A stretch of 64,000 nucleotides of DNA from assembly GCA_964016885.1 (NCBI GenBank), contig OZ024758.1, positions 17,794,001 to 17,858,000 of the forward strand, read 5' to 3'. The translations under genes were made by a program, and so were the position numbers. This document shows, in pieces, positions 40,020-54,828 of the stretch. Each line of letters opens with the position of its first letter. Within the stretch, counting starts at the first letter, position 1. The notes below the pieces were generated by a model. It did not search any database. It was not told the DNA's origin and saw only the letters and a program-made list of their open reading frames with translations. Source of the stretch: Eledone cirrhosa. Lineage: Eukaryota.

Positions 40020-41557
40020 TTAGATACATATACAGTACATATATATATATATACATATATATATATATGTATATATATATATATTTAGATACATATACAG
40101 TACATATATATATATACATATATATATATATATGTATCTATATCTATACATACATATATATACACATACATATATACATATATACATATACACACACACA
40201 CATATACACACACACATATATATATAAATAAATATCTCCCCCTCTCTTCCTCACACACTCAGACACACACTCAGACACACAAATACAATATATATAAGTA
40301 TATCCGTGGTTGTTTGTTATTGTATGTATGTATATCTATATATTACCAACAATGTATTGAAAGGAAATAAATGTTATTTCTAATAAAACACAATAATTGA
40401 TGTACTCATTCAGATCTTCCTGCATCAGTTGTTTGATCAGTGTATGTCTTTGTGATAGTTGTATGGTTGAATAAAGTGCCTTAAGCAGAATCTAAATTTT
40501 GTCATTCAAAATTATCTTATTCCCATTACCTCTGTGTTTTCTATTCGAGAATCAATTGGTTTTATAGACTTTATGGAACCTTCTGGTTGAAAGTTAACCT
40601 AATTATTGTCACATGAGATGTTTCGTGAGAAATGCTTAACCTTTTATTTGTATTCCAACATTAGATTTAAGAAAGTATTGATAGGAATCATATCAAAGAA
40701 ATTAAGTCTTTCAATTATAATTTGTTGAAATGTGTCCAATATCATGACCATTTCCTGTGACAAGCAATCGAGGAGAAAGTAGATACATTATATGAAAGAT
40801 AATTTCAGCAGAAAACAATAGACATACTTGAGCGTATAAAAGCAGCCGATCATAAAATCGGACCTACGAGAATAGGTTTTCATTGGCCTTTCTTTTGCTG
40901 ATAGAGTATGCTGTTCGCAACACCTGGTACAAGCGTCATCGCATTTCCGGTATCAGGACAAAGGATTTGAACTCAGTACATGTAGATACAGTACTGATCT
41001 CGTTTTTATTTCTCTCGTCCCTTAATTTCCGAGGGAATCATAGGGACGCCGTTGTGGCGTACGGCGTTTCTACGGTACTTTTTTAAAACCTGGTGGGGCC
41101 AATCTACTCTCCAGGCCTGAATATAATATGCTTTTTGACTATGTCAACACGTATTTATATGGGTTTGATTATTTATACATAGACATACTTGAAAGTATTT
41201 TAAAGCGTATCATACGCTGTATTATACCTTAATTTATATTCACCTAAAAACTCCATACAACACAACTCAACATTTAATTTTTACATTCCTTTTAAACTTC
41301 ACTATTCCAGATACATTCAACTATCAATTTGACAATCCCTTTCTTCCTAATAGATTTTTTATGGCAATTCTATTATTAACACCATTCAACCATTCCTTTC
41401 AAAGGATCATGACCTCAACTAAAGTGAATTATTTTTCATCTTAACATCATATGAATAAAAACAATCTGATTGGTTAGTTCTTCATCTACCTCCAAATAAA
41501 GTCATAGAACTAAACATAATACTAATTTACTACTAATTTTGAATAACATTATTATTT

Positions 41558-41740
41558 TGGCAGTATCGGTAGATGGTCGGACGCCATGCTTTGACGCATA
41601 GAGTTACGGCCCTTACCATTCTGAGTTCAAATCCCGCCGAGGTTATCTTTGCCTTTCATCCTTACGGGTCGATAAAATAAAGTACCAGTAATACACTGTG
41701 CAATTGCTGGCCTTGTGCCAAAAGCAGAAACAATTATTAT
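41558..41740 (+). mobile_element. SINE family A
   Basis: Consensus match. Confidence 0.9.
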
Positions 41741-42054
41741 TGCTTTTGACAACAGCTGATGATATGCATGTATGTAAATATTCTCCTTATCTGATAGTTT
41801 GTAACTAACCTTACATAGATCGATAACGAAGTATAGTTACGATGTATTATCATCACCTAGAAACGATCGTAAAGCAGTGAAGTATATCTCTAATGACTTG
41901 ATTTTTTATTTCATTGTTTTAACTTATATATATATGAGATAGATAGATAGATAGAGGAGAGACTCCAGTACTAGACGGATACTTTTTATCGACTGTGACT
42001 GGATGAAAGGTTGTTTACGTCCCAGTTTCTCTCATTTCATACTCATGACCCCTA

Positions 42055-42490
42055 ACACTACCACCACCACAACAACTATCACCAATAATGCTCCCACGAG
42101 CGCCATAAACACAAACACCAAAACCACCACCACCACCACCACCACCACCACCACTAAAATCATCACTACCACCGTCACTACTACCATCACGACTACTATC
42201 ACCGCCAAAACCACCAATACTACTACCACCAATACTACTACCACCAAAACTACCACCACCACCACCAAAACCACTACCACCACCACTACTACCAGCGTCA
42301 CTACCACCACCAGCACCACCACTACCACCACCACAACCGTCACCACTACCACCAAAACCACCGTCACTACCACCACCACCACCACCACCAGCCAAACCAC
42401 CGCCACCATTACTACCAATACTACTACTACTACCACCACCACCACCACCCAAACTACCACCACCACCACCACCACCGCCGCCGACACTAC
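42055..42490. repeat. (ACC/ACT)n compound microsatellite
   Basis: Direct inspection. Confidence 0.92.
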
Positions 42491-42774
42491 TTGGTGGATG
42501 TTTAATGTTATAGTGGGCTTCAAATTTTTTTCTTCACAATAGCAAAACAAAAATTATCAATAAAGTAATATTTATCTAATTGACTTTTCATCGAAATGAA
42601 TTTATGCTGAATAAACTTTTCATCGAAACACTTTTTTATAAAATACAACTTTTCATTGAAAAATTGTATTAAAATATTTTTTCTAAACACTTTAACTATA
42701 GAAACAATTTCAATATAAAATTAAAATTTTTTCATCCAAATATTTTATTTCAAAAGTAAGAGAAAGTTAAAAGA

Positions 42775-43070
42775 AAGAAAGAAGTCTGACAACTGACTTG
42801 ATAAATACCCACAAAATTATTAACCATCTTGCCGACAACAACCCTGAGCATCTTTTTGATTTCTATGTGTCTAACACACGTGGGTACGCCAACAAAGTCA
42901 GAAAACAGCACAGCTCCCATGACTTTCGGAAACATTTTTTCACGCTCAGAGTTGCTGAAGCATGGAACAAACTACCTGCATCAGTTGTTAGCTGTTGAGA
43001 CACTGCATCCTTTAAAACCTCCATGCTTCCTGAGATTCGCCAACGCTACACCTAATATTCCCCCTCCATA
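42775..43070 (+). pseudogene. CR1-group LINE 3' end (RT ORF C-terminus)
   Basis: DLINTHKII...NTRGYANKVRK...RKHFFTLRVAEAWNKLPASVVSC*DTASFK matches TRGH..K...R..FF..RV...WN.LP..VV....FK. Confidence 0.85.
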
Positions 43071-43179
43071 AACACACACGCACATGTATATCATGACTCA
43101 TACACTATTCACTTCCCTGACATTTGTAAATTATTCTATGTACTATACATGCACCTTTTTTCTCCTTCATTTTCTTTTT

Positions 43180-43575
43180 CTTCTTGAGAGGGCCTTGCGG
43201 GCTGTGACCTCAAACGCACCTTCTTGTGGGTCATGACAGAAGCAAACGTCTCGGACTGATCCGGCTGGATATCCAAGCGAGACCAGCCACGTTTATGGAT
43301 ATTATCCAACGATCTTGATTGGGGTTTACCCCTGAGAACCTAGTCCGTTGGTTTTGCCCGTAAAATCTGTCTAGCAAGCGATTTATTCCTGAGACATTCT
43401 AACCACACGCCGATAATATCGGAGTTGTGATATCTCAGATCGGATAAGTAGCGGCTCAACCTGGAGTGACTCGCTAATCACCGAGCTACGCACTCTATCG
43501 AGTAACATTACTACAAAATCACTTCAGAGGAACCACATTCTAACCACATGCCGATACTACCGGAGCCGTGACTTC
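43180..43575 (-). pseudogene. RTE-clade LINE 3' end
   Basis: Reverse complement is homologous to 2417-2660 (gtggttagaatg...attttacgggcaaaaccaac...ggataat). Confidence 0.8.
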
Positions 43576-43901
43576 TCAATTCTTATTTTCGCCTACATTT
43601 CCCCCGTCAACACAGCAAAAAACTCAATTTTAGTTAAAGAGAAAAAGTGATCGATATATAACAGACTGGACTGGAGAAGACCGGGGAATTTAATAGACGT
43701 CGAATAAGTGATGCTCATTAGAGATGGACTTAAAATTATATAATCAAATTGTATCCTACAGTGTTATTTTATTGCTAGTCTAAGATTAAGTTATGTATGT
43801 AGGCCGTCATTGAAACTATAATTCAATGACTAGTTGTTTCTGTTGATTGAACTCGGCCAGGAAGTGCACCCCCCCCCCCCCGAATATATATATATATATT
43901 C

Positions 43902-43938
<37 letters not shown>

Positions 43939-44197
43939 GTAGAATAATCGAGTATCGAAAAATCGGCGCACGAGTTCACGATAAACAAAATTCGAGATGA
44001 GCGGCAGAGGGCTCTATAATTCAAATAAATTAGAGCTATAACTATCGTTAAAATACCGTCACACGTAGAATATGTCTACAATCAACCAAATAACCGAAAA
44101 GTTCGATATGGAAATTATTTATCTACATACATATTATATATATTTATATATATATATATACATATATTTATATATATTTATATTATTTATCTACATA

Positions 44198-44228
<31 letters not shown>

Positions 44229-44391
44229 ATTCATTAAGGTTCTATAAATATATGTATGTATGGTGTATGTGTGTATATATATATGTGTGTGTATGTGTGA
44301 CCCCACTCTCAAGAGCGTGAAATTAATAAACATTTGTTTGTTCTGCCCCTCTGTTTTGTTCCCGTTCAATTTTTCCTTATATATGTGTATA

Positions 44392-44460
<69 letters not shown>

Positions 44461-44500
44461 ATGTATATGTATGTGTATATATATATATATTTATATATAC

Positions 44501-44690
44501 GTAGGTCCCGGGTTGAGTCGGGGATAACCACAGTAAGTAAGGTACTCAATACATGGCAGAGTAAAGTTTTTTTTATTTTATAGAAGGAGCTTCTACAGGA
44601 CTAGTACTGTTTCATTCAGATGAAATCTTCAGGAAGCTTTCATCTGAATGAAACAGTACTAGTCCTGTAGAAGCTCCTTCTATAAAATAT
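44501..44690 (-). mobile_element. Family A fold-back hammerhead element (young) in (TA)n
   Basis: Perfect ~50-bp inverted arms (44575-44625 and 44638-44688); tail TACTCtgccatgtattGAGTA...cccgggacctac; (TA)n flanks. Confidence 0.9.
44588..44638 (-). ncRNA. Type I hammerhead ribozyme, intact core
   Basis: AGCUUC-CUGAAGA-u-UUC-aucu-GAA-u-GAAA-CAG-uacuaguc-CUG-UA^GAAGCU. Helix I has 6 bp and helix III 4 bp, with palindromic ACUAGU in its loop and a GUA cleavage triplet. Confidence 0.85.
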
Positions 44691-44850
44691 ATTTATATAT
44701 ATATATATATATATACATATATATGTGTGTATGTATGTGTGTGTATGTATATGTATATATGTATATATATATATATATAAATATATTTATATGTGTGTGT
44801 GTGTGTATATGTGTGTATATGTGTATGTGTATGTGTGTTTATGGGTGCGC

Positions 44851-44912
<62 letters not shown>

Positions 44913-44961
44913 GCATACATATATTATATATCTACATACATACATACACATACACACACAC

Positions 44962-44993
<32 letters not shown>

Positions 44994-45119
44994 TAAATGC
45001 AACGTTTTTCGAAATATTTACTTTTGCGTTCACAGATTGATTATTTTAGTTTCAGAAGAACCCGTTAAGGGGAAAGCAGCGACTCTTTGCTTAAACTTTA
45101 ATCTGTTATTTTAATATAT

Positions 45120-45211
<92 letters not shown>

Positions 45212-45283
45212 ATATATACACACACACATTCATGCATACATATATGCATTGATATATATATATATATTTGCGTGTGTGTATGT

Positions 45284-45323
<40 letters not shown>

Positions 45324-45569
45324 CATACTTATTCTAATCGCCTTGAAGAAAAATAGGTCGAAAGTATTTGCTTAATTGTTAGAGAAGATTTAAATGATAA
45401 CTTGTATTAATAATTAATAATTCTCTTAATAACCTTCATGTCCTATGGCATTTGTTAACAATCTTTCATAAATTTCTATCTGAACTATTTGACTGACCTA
45501 TCAAAGTATTCACTTTGATGATGATGATGATGATGATGACGATGATGACGATGATGGTGATGATGATGA

Positions 45570-46015
45570 TCATCTTCTTCTTCTTCTTCTTCTTCTTCTT
45601 CTTCTTCTTCTTCTTCTTCTTCTTCTTTGCCTTCTTCTTTTTCTTTTTCTTCTTTGCCTGCTTCTTCTTCTTCTATTTCTTCTTCTACTTCTACTTCTTC
45701 TTGAGAAGTTCGTGATGGCAGAGTCAGTCCTCACATTCCTTCCAATGGGTCCTGTCAGAAGCAACCCTCTCCAACCGATCAGGCTGGATCCCCAAGCGAG
45801 AACAGCCAAGTTCATGGATGTTATCCAAGTCGTGAGGGGGCAGATATTCTCAAACACTCCTTCCTTCCAGCTGGTCCTGTCAGAAGCAACCATCTCCAAC
45901 TGATCCCAAAGCACGACCAGCTAAACTCATGGATATTATCCAACCATCCTGCTAAGGGTATACCTCTGGGGCCCCTTCCGGTTGGTTTTTGCCCGTAAAA
46001 TCTGTCCAGCGATTC
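45570..46015 (-). pseudogene. RTE-clade 3' end, tandemly duplicated, with (GAA)n tail
   Basis: Two partial copies of ...WLDNI.E..W.......VASDRT.W.. on the minus strand adjoining a (CTT)n tract. Confidence 0.8.
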
Positions 46016-46038
46016 TTTATATATATATATATATAGTA

Positions 46039-46211
46039 ATAATTGTTTCTACTATATTCACAAGGCCTGCAATTACCCAGTACATTACTGGTACTTTATT
46101 TTATCGACCCCGTAAGGATGAAAGGCAAAGTTAATCTCGGCGGGATTTGAACTCAGAATGGCAAGGGCCGTAACTCAAAGCATGGCGTCCGACCCTCTAC
46201 CGATACTGCCA
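46039..46211 (-). mobile_element. SINE family A
   Basis: Reverse-complement consensus match. Confidence 0.9.
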
Positions 46212-46227
46212 CTCCTAGTAATAATAA

Positions 46228-46439
46228 TATATTTGAAGACTAAAATCCAAAGGGGGCTCGATAAGGATAAATATATATGAGATATATAAGAACTGTAAAG
46301 CAAATATTTATTAAAATAACAGATTAAAGTTTAAGCAAATAATCGCTGCTTTCACCCTTAACGGGATCTTCTGAAGATCCCATTAAGGTTGAAACCAGCG
46401 ATTATTTGCTTAAACTATAATCTGTTATTTTAATAAATA
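46228..46439. mobile_element. Family E fold-back element with hammerhead-like core
   Basis: Hairpin 46305-46439 centred at 46372; CTGAAGA-tccc(g/a)ttaagg(g/t)t-GAAA. Related pieces are at 45052-45115 and 25470-25560. Confidence 0.7.
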
Positions 46440-46546
46440 AATATATATATATACATATATATACACATGCAATTTATTACATGTATACACACACAAACAC
46501 ACACACACATACATGTATATATATATATATATATAATCTCTACATG

Positions 46547-46599
<53 letters not shown>

Positions 46600-46626
46600 A
46601 TATATATATATATATATGTGTGTATC

Positions 46627-46665
<39 letters not shown>

Positions 46666-46670
46666 ATCTG

Positions 46671-46703
<33 letters not shown>

Positions 46704-46708
46704 ATCTG

Positions 46709-46743
<35 letters not shown>

Positions 46744-46744
46744 A

Positions 46745-46827
<83 letters not shown>

Positions 46828-47068
46828 CTGTATATATATATGTGTGTTCTGTATATATATGTGTGTGTGTGTATCTGTATATATATATGTGTGTTCTGTA
46901 TATATATGTGTGTGTGTGTGTGTGTGTATCTGTATATATATATGTGTGTATCTGTATATATATATGTGTGTGTGTGTGTATCTGTATATATATATATATG
47001 TGTGTGTGTGTATCTGTATATATATTTGTGTTTGTGTGTGTATCTGTATACATATATATATATAACAC

Positions 47069-47136
<68 letters not shown>

Positions 47137-48052
47137 CACACACATTATATATATATATAATGTGTGTGTGTGTGTTTTTCGAATTTTCTGTTCTGTGAAA
47201 TATTTTCAAGGAATGGTATCGTTAGAAGCATAGTTAACTAGATTCTCTATAAAAGAAATGAATAACAGAATCAGTACTATTAATGCATCAGCCGTAGAAT
47301 CGAAGAGAGGAAATACTCTGTCTGTGGGTGAGCGTTTGTAATTTGTTGCTGAGTGAATGTTTGGCAATCTGACAGAATCCCTGCTGGAATAAAATTTCCG
47401 ATCTTAGTGTATGTGTTGTCCGTGACATATTGTATATGTGAATATGTATCAACGTGACACAAATCGAAAATGCATTTTATCAAAACTAGAATATGTTGAA
47501 CTTGCATTCTTATCACGTGGACCTTTATCTGTTCACCTTACACTCATCATGTTCGCAGCATACATCAATAAAATCGCTGTGATATCCCCCACCCCTCTTC
47601 TCCCCAACATTTCAATTTTACTATGTAATATATAACCTGTCTCACTCTGGTCACTTGTGATCTATCTGTCATGGAGGTTGACACTTCACATAAAACGGAT
47701 TAAGTCTACTTTATTTCTCTTCATCTTTCACCGATCTACTATATTCAGAATCCATGTAACACTCTACCATAAAACAGTGCAGTTTTCAAGGCAATACACT
47801 TTATAAAATTTGTTTTTATACGGATAAACACATTCCTGAACGATGGAAATCTTCGCATGGTCACGTAACTTTGTCAAATTAACAACCATATATCCTTTAA
47901 ACCATACACTATCGTCGCAAATAGGAAGAACACATCGCTTAACGTAATGATGGATGCCCTCTATATCTACTAGGACGCCATATACATATCAATACACATG
48001 GCTGAGTAAGTTAAAAAATCATCGCTCACCTGATATCATGAAAGCATTTACT

Positions 48053-48253
48053 GAGACCTATCAACTCTCCCTGTCCGACAGGGAGATCTCCCACCCAATT
48101 TGGTGTGGGTGATGGGTGAGATATGTATATTTTGTGAAAATGGGTATAGCTTTCATTAAGTAAAATTTTCCTATTTTGCCTTATTTCTCCCCGTCCTGGG
48201 GCACTTTTTTTCATGGTACACCCCGTTTGGGTTTTTAGAGGTTGGCAGGTCTG
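48053..48253. mobile_element. MITE (second copy of the 30057 family)
   Basis: Collinear with 30057-30251 and ends gttggcaggtctg; its 3' end is duplicated at ~48470-48523. Confidence 0.7.
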
Positions 48254-49539
48254 TGGTAGGCAACAGTGTGTCTTCAGCAAGATATTGTGGAGCTCATTTT
48301 AATTTATGTGAATAAGGCGCCCATGCGAATCGTACATTTATCGAAGGCATTAGCAGATTAAATGAGAAATCAAACTATCATTATAACACGGGGTCGATAA
48401 AATAAAGTACCAGTAATACACTGGGTAAATTGCTGGCCTTGTGCCAAAAGTAGAAACAATTAATTACTTGGCACTTTCTTTCATGGTAATCCCTCTTTGG
48501 GGTTTTAAAGGTGGGCAGGTCTGATTTAGTGGAAAAAAACCTCTTCTCTAAATTCTTTAAAATACAGAAGCAGTGCGTAAGTGGGGAAACATCTATAATA
48601 AGATGAGTTAATGGAATCCTTTGAATAATTTAACCAAAGCAGGTTATGGTGCATATTTTCTTTGAAGTCAACAACTAAAACCGACATATTTCGTTCTATA
48701 TAAGATCTTATGGAATCACATTCGGCAAGGCCAACAAATAAATACTGGGTGTCCCAGAAAAATGTATACATTCCAATGACGAAAAGCAATTGGTAAAATG
48801 TGAACCTAGAACCAAGAACTTGTAGAAATAACGGAAAACAGTTTAATCGACATTCAAATGAAACTGCTAATTCACCATGTACAAACATAGACACACACAG
48901 ATACACACACATTCACATAGACAATGCACACTGAGGCATACACATACACACTCACACTCACATAGGCACACACAGACTCACAGAGGCATACACTCACGCT
49001 CTCACACAAGCAAACACACACACACAGACACACACACACAGACACACGCTCATACACACACTCACATTCACACGCATACATACGCACACAGGCACATAAA
49101 CGCACGCACACACACACACACCAAAAAACACACACACAACCCACATGCACACCACACACCAAATACACACACCACAAACACAAAGTTAAGCAAACGTAGC
49201 AGAGAAACGTGATGAATGCATTTCATGCCAAACTAAACATACTGTACATAATATAACATTACTAAAACCAACAATAAATATGTGAGTAATAATATCTATA
49301 ATAAGTACTAACTATGTCATCTTTGATAACACTATACCAATAAACAGTAGCTTCTATTGTTATTATTAGTCACTTGTTTATTCTTTAATTATTGGTTTAT
49401 TAGTATCGGAAACCTTCATCTCACACCTGTTATCTATTTGCTTATCTTTTACGTATTTTTATTGAATTATTTTGTATGTTTTTGTTTCTATTGTTATTTT
49501 ATTGATTTCTCTGTACATGCGCATGTATTGTATAACATT

Positions 49540-50012
49540 GGAGTATGTGTGTCTGTGTGTAGCTATGTTTGAGGTTGTGGAGTATGTGTCTGTGTTGATG
49601 TGTTTGTAGCTGTGTAGAATGGGGATGTGTTTGTAGGTGTGTAGTTTGTGTCTGTGTTGAAGTGTTTGTAGCTGTGTAGCTGTGTTTGTAGCTGTGTAGT
49701 ATGTGTTGAAGTGTTTTTAGCCGTGTAGAATGTGGATGGGTTTGTAGCTGTGTAGTTTGTGTCTGTGTTGAAGTGTTTGTAACTGTGTAGCTGTGTAGCA
49801 TGTGTTGAAGTGTTTGTAACTGTGTAGCTGTGTTTGTAGCTGTGTAGTATGTGTTGAAGTGTTTGTAACTGTGTAGCTGTGTTTGTAGCTGTGTAGTATG
49901 TGTAGCTGTGTAGCTGTGTAGTATGTGTCTGTGTTTGTACCTGTGTAGTATGTGTCTGTGTTTAAAGCTGTGTAGTACGTGTATGTGTTTGTAGCTGTGT
50001 AGTACGTGTATG
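49540..50012. repeat. Degenerate gtgtttgtagctgtgtag repeat
   Basis: Direct inspection. Confidence 0.85.
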
Positions 50013-50097
50013 TGATGATTATTATAGATAGATGCTCTTATTACTCCCCCCCCCTCCCCCCCCCCCCCTCCCCCTCCTCCCCTCCTCCTCCTTCTCA

Positions 50098-50165
<68 letters not shown>

Positions 50166-50196
50166 TCTATGTTAGTAGTAGTAGTAAGACCAGTTA

Positions 50197-50261
<65 letters not shown>

Positions 50262-50491
50262 GTAGTAGTAGTAGCAATAGTAGTAGTAGTAGCTGCAGCT
50301 GTAGTGGTATATGTAATGATTCTGGTGGTGGCGGTGGTAAGCAGGTCGTGCTGGGGGTTGATGAATATCTATGTTTTGCTTTGTTTTTTTCAACACAAAT
50401 GGTAGGTGTTTTTATGTAGTGTCAGATTCTGTGTAATGATTAAGACAGACAGCAGCTGAAACAGTCGTAGTAACAGTAGAAGTACTGGTAA

Positions 50492-50535
<44 letters not shown>

Positions 50536-50714
50536 ATGATGCCTATCACCGTGTATCCAGTGATATAGTGTTTACCACGTGTTTATATGAGGCCGGCGTG
50601 AAGAAGGTAACCGAGGTGTTAGTTTGGTTTATAGATAATACACACATATATAAACACCTCTCGGCTTGTCAGTAGTATCAGGGAAGGAAGAGTGAGAAAT
50701 GCGTATGATAACAA

Positions 50715-50932
50715 TATATCGTTAGTCGATCGACTCTCGTCAAATCTGACCGAGGAAATAATGTTTCCATTGGTCTTTCCAATTGCTAATATTATCTAGT
50801 AGTCGCAACTCCAGGTAGAAGGAGCAACGTAAAATAAAGCGTCTTGCTCAAGGACATAGCATATCGCCCGGTCTGGGTATCGAATGCACAACCTCACGAT
50901 TGCGAATCCAATCCTCTAACCATGCGCCTTCA
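50715..50932 (-). mobile_element. tRNA-CORE SINE (28077 type)
   Basis: Reverse-complement homologue of 28077-28295. Confidence 0.8.
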
Positions 50933-50941
50933 TTAATGTAT

Positions 50942-51590
50942 GGTGGATTGGCAGTATCGGTAGAGGGTCGGACGCCATGCTTTCCAGCATAGTTACGTCC
51001 CTTTACGATCTGAGTTCAAATCCCGCCGAGGTTGACTTTGCCTTTCATCCTTACGGGGTCGATAAAATAAAGTACCAGTAATGCACTGGGTAATTTCTGG
51101 CCTTGTGCCTAAAGTAGAAACAATTATTGTATTTAATTACAATAATAATTGTTTCTACGTTTGGCTAAAAGACAGCAATTTCAAGTGGAAGAGAAAGTTG
51201 ATTAAATCGACCCCAGTGCATTGCTATTACCTTATTTTATCGACCCCGTAAAGATGAAAGGCAAAGTTAACCTCGGCGAGATTTGAACTCAGAAAGTATA
51301 GCGACATAACTACATACCTCAAAGCATGTTGTACGACGCTCTACCAATTGTGCCAATCCACTTCCTTTTAACTACAATAATGGTTTCTGATTTCGACACA
51401 AGGCCAACAATTTTAAGGGGAGGGGAAAGTCGATTAAATTGAAACCAGTGTATTACTGTTACTTTATTTTATCGATCCCATAAGATTGAAAGACAAATTA
51501 ACCTCGGCGAGTATTGAACTCAGAACGTAAAGAGTCGTAACTACACGCCGTAAAGCATGTTGTCCGACGCTCTACTGATCTTGCCAATCT
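50942..51590. mobile_element. SINE family A cluster: one + copy (50942-51128) and two longer - variants
   Basis: The minus copies carry an extra gtcgatttaatc(g/a)acttt...aaatt segment. Confidence 0.85.
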
Positions 51591-52299
51591 ATTCATTTGA
51601 CTCCTTTCATCCTAGCACCCATATTATATATGACAACCCTTGTCCTTAAATAACTACAATGCACAGTTTCTTCCTGCCTAGAACTTCGGCCGTCCGGAAC
51701 TCCCTGCTTGCTCATGTCTTTCTGAATGGAATGGTGATTCTCAGGAATTGGTGAACACATACCAGCCTCACTCAGGAACCTCTCACAAACGCATCCCCCT
51801 TCCTCGTCACCACACACGACACTAAATAACTACTATGCGCTGTCATCACCGTCCCGAAAGTCGGAAATCTCGAGCTTCCTAGCTATGCCTTTCCCAACGA
51901 AGAGGATGTGCAAATACAGGAATGGCTTAGGAAGCTTCCTAGTAATGTCATTCCCAAGGAAGAGGATGTGCAAGTACATGAATGCCATCAATTTCTCAGG
52001 CTTAGGGAGGCCTGTGAATGCCATGGAGATTTCCCACCTTTTCCTAAACGCACCACGTAAAGAAAAATACGAACCACAATAATCTCTGAAATGTGTTTCA
52101 AATGTCAGAGAAAAAGATCTAGGTCAGTACAAAGCAGTTGGATGGTGACACCAATGGTGTTGTACAAGACCGTGATGATGATGGAAACTGAAAAATGATG
52201 ACTGTATGAATGATATTATAGATTTCGAGAAAAAAATCCCAAACCTTAAAAACACTAATTCTCTTGACAATAAATATAAGGATGGTGATGTGAAGATGG

Positions 52300-52448
52300 A
52301 TGATATAATGCTTTATGTGAACAGTAAACTGCATAAGTATGTAAACCGAAGGAAAGAAAAGAAAGAAGTACAATGGAATTTAGGTTTCTGCCACAACTGC
52401 TTCAAGAAGTATTTATAATTCCATGTACATGGAATATAAAGGATTAAA
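52300..52448 (+). mobile_element. Possible piggyBac 3' end remnant
   Basis: ORF ends [13 protein letters not shown] (like the C..CF..YH transposase C-terminus), followed by the palindrome ttccatgtacatggaa and aaaggaTTAA. Confidence 0.35.
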
Positions 52449-52509
52449 GGTGCTATGGTTGAATGAGGAAGTTCAAGTTTTCTGTTACGACATGTATAGC
52501 TGCGCAAAT

Positions 52510-52611
<102 letters not shown>

Positions 52612-52762
52612 GTGTATATATATATATATATATATGAGCACCTCCCTATCTCTCTCGATATATATATAAATATATCTATATATCTATATATATGTATATA
52701 TATATATGTGTGTGTGTGTGTTTGTGTATCTATCTATATATGTATGTATACCTATATGTATG

Positions 52763-52873
<111 letters not shown>

Positions 52874-53601
52874 TTGTGTATCTATCTATATAAAGAAACA
52901 TATCTATATATGTATGTATACCTATATGTATGTATATACATATATATATATATATAATAGAAAACGAAAAATCAGTGATGCATCTGAACTCAATTTATTG
53001 TGTGTTATAATTGTTTCGCCGGCGGGCAGCTCGAGACGCGATCATTGTGTGGATCTGTCTGTTTCTCGACCCGCAGGTTCAACGGACATGTCTAATGATT
53101 CCGAAATCATACAATCTTTAGCCATCATAACCTCATACAATCCTTAGCCATCATAAATAGATTTTTCTTGAAACTTCTAATCTCCGTTGTGTCTAACATC
53201 CCTCGTTCCCCGAGCGTTGCTAGTCTCTGAAGAACGACTTATATCCGATATGTCAAAGATCCCCCCTCTTTACTTCTTCCCAGACCAGTACCTTATAAGT
53301 CTTTGTGTTTTTGCATCTCTATGTTTCTCAAGGTTTTGCTTGAACTATACATACACAGACACATATATGTATGTTTTTATGTATACGTAAATATTATATA
53401 TGTATATATATGTTTGTATGCTTTTATATATATACATAAATATATATATCTATCACATATAATTAAAATCCTACATAATTCTAACATTCCCTTCGAAACT
53501 CAGGCATAGACAAAAAAATGTGTCAGTGGGTGGGTTCGTGTGTGTTTGCGCGCGTGCGCACACACACAAACAAACACTCACACATATATATTTCCTACAC
53601 T

Positions 53602-53679
<78 letters not shown>

Positions 53680-53727
53680 CACACACAAGTATGCTTATGT
53701 ATATATATATATATACACACAAATATG

Positions 53728-53773
<46 letters not shown>

Positions 53774-53776
53774 TAT

Positions 53777-53811
<35 letters not shown>

Positions 53812-54489
53812 CATATATGCATGCTAGCAGGATATAAGATGAGATTGCAAGCATTCGAAAAAAAAAAAACTAAAAAAAAAAAAACTAAAAAAAAAAAAAA
53901 CCCCAACAAAAACCCCGAAAACAAAAATAAACATACAAACAGATATACAAACAAACAAACAAACACAAAGACAACACAGGTAAGGACGACCTGAGTGTTA
54001 AGAGGAAGGATATTTGGAGGAATGACATGATTTTCAAGGAAGGAGTTAAGAATAATGATTACATATAATCTTGTTGAAGATAACTTGATAAAACATATGT
54101 TCTTTTTACACTATACTGCACTCTTGTACAAGATTATATTCTGAAAATCAGATTAAATGTTATCAGCGAAGTATAAGAAAGTGAAACAGTATAACGTACA
54201 TAAACGTATGGATAATGTGCTCAGGTGCATTGTTTATCAATGTGACGGTAATTATTGTTCTTTCTTCGTTGAGTTTCCTTCTCTTTCTTGTAGTTTGTAC
54301 CATTTATAAATCAATTTTTCAATTGTTTGACAATACTACTTCTGCCATTCTCCATGATGTATGTAATTTCAATTTTCAGAGAAGAAACTCTCTATCTCGC
54401 TATGTTTATATATATATATATGTACGCGTGTGTGTGTGTGTGTGTGTGTGCGTATTTGTGTGTTTGTGTGTGTGTGTGTATATATATAC

Positions 54490-54545
<56 letters not shown>

Positions 54546-54770
54546 ATATATTACATATATAATATAGTTGTATATATATGTACATATACATACATATATA
54601 TATAGAGAGTTATATATGTATATATATGTACATATACATATATATATAGAGAGTTATATATATATATATATTTCATATATATGTATATTATATATATATA
54701 ATATAGTTATATATATATGTACATATACATATATTTTTTTATTTATACATACACACATATATACATATTT

Positions 54771-54828
<58 letters not shown>

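Noticed and set aside
48747-48870. Tc1/mariner element (TA-ctgggtgtcccagaaaa)
   Set aside because: Only one TIR-like end is visible, with no partner or transposase.
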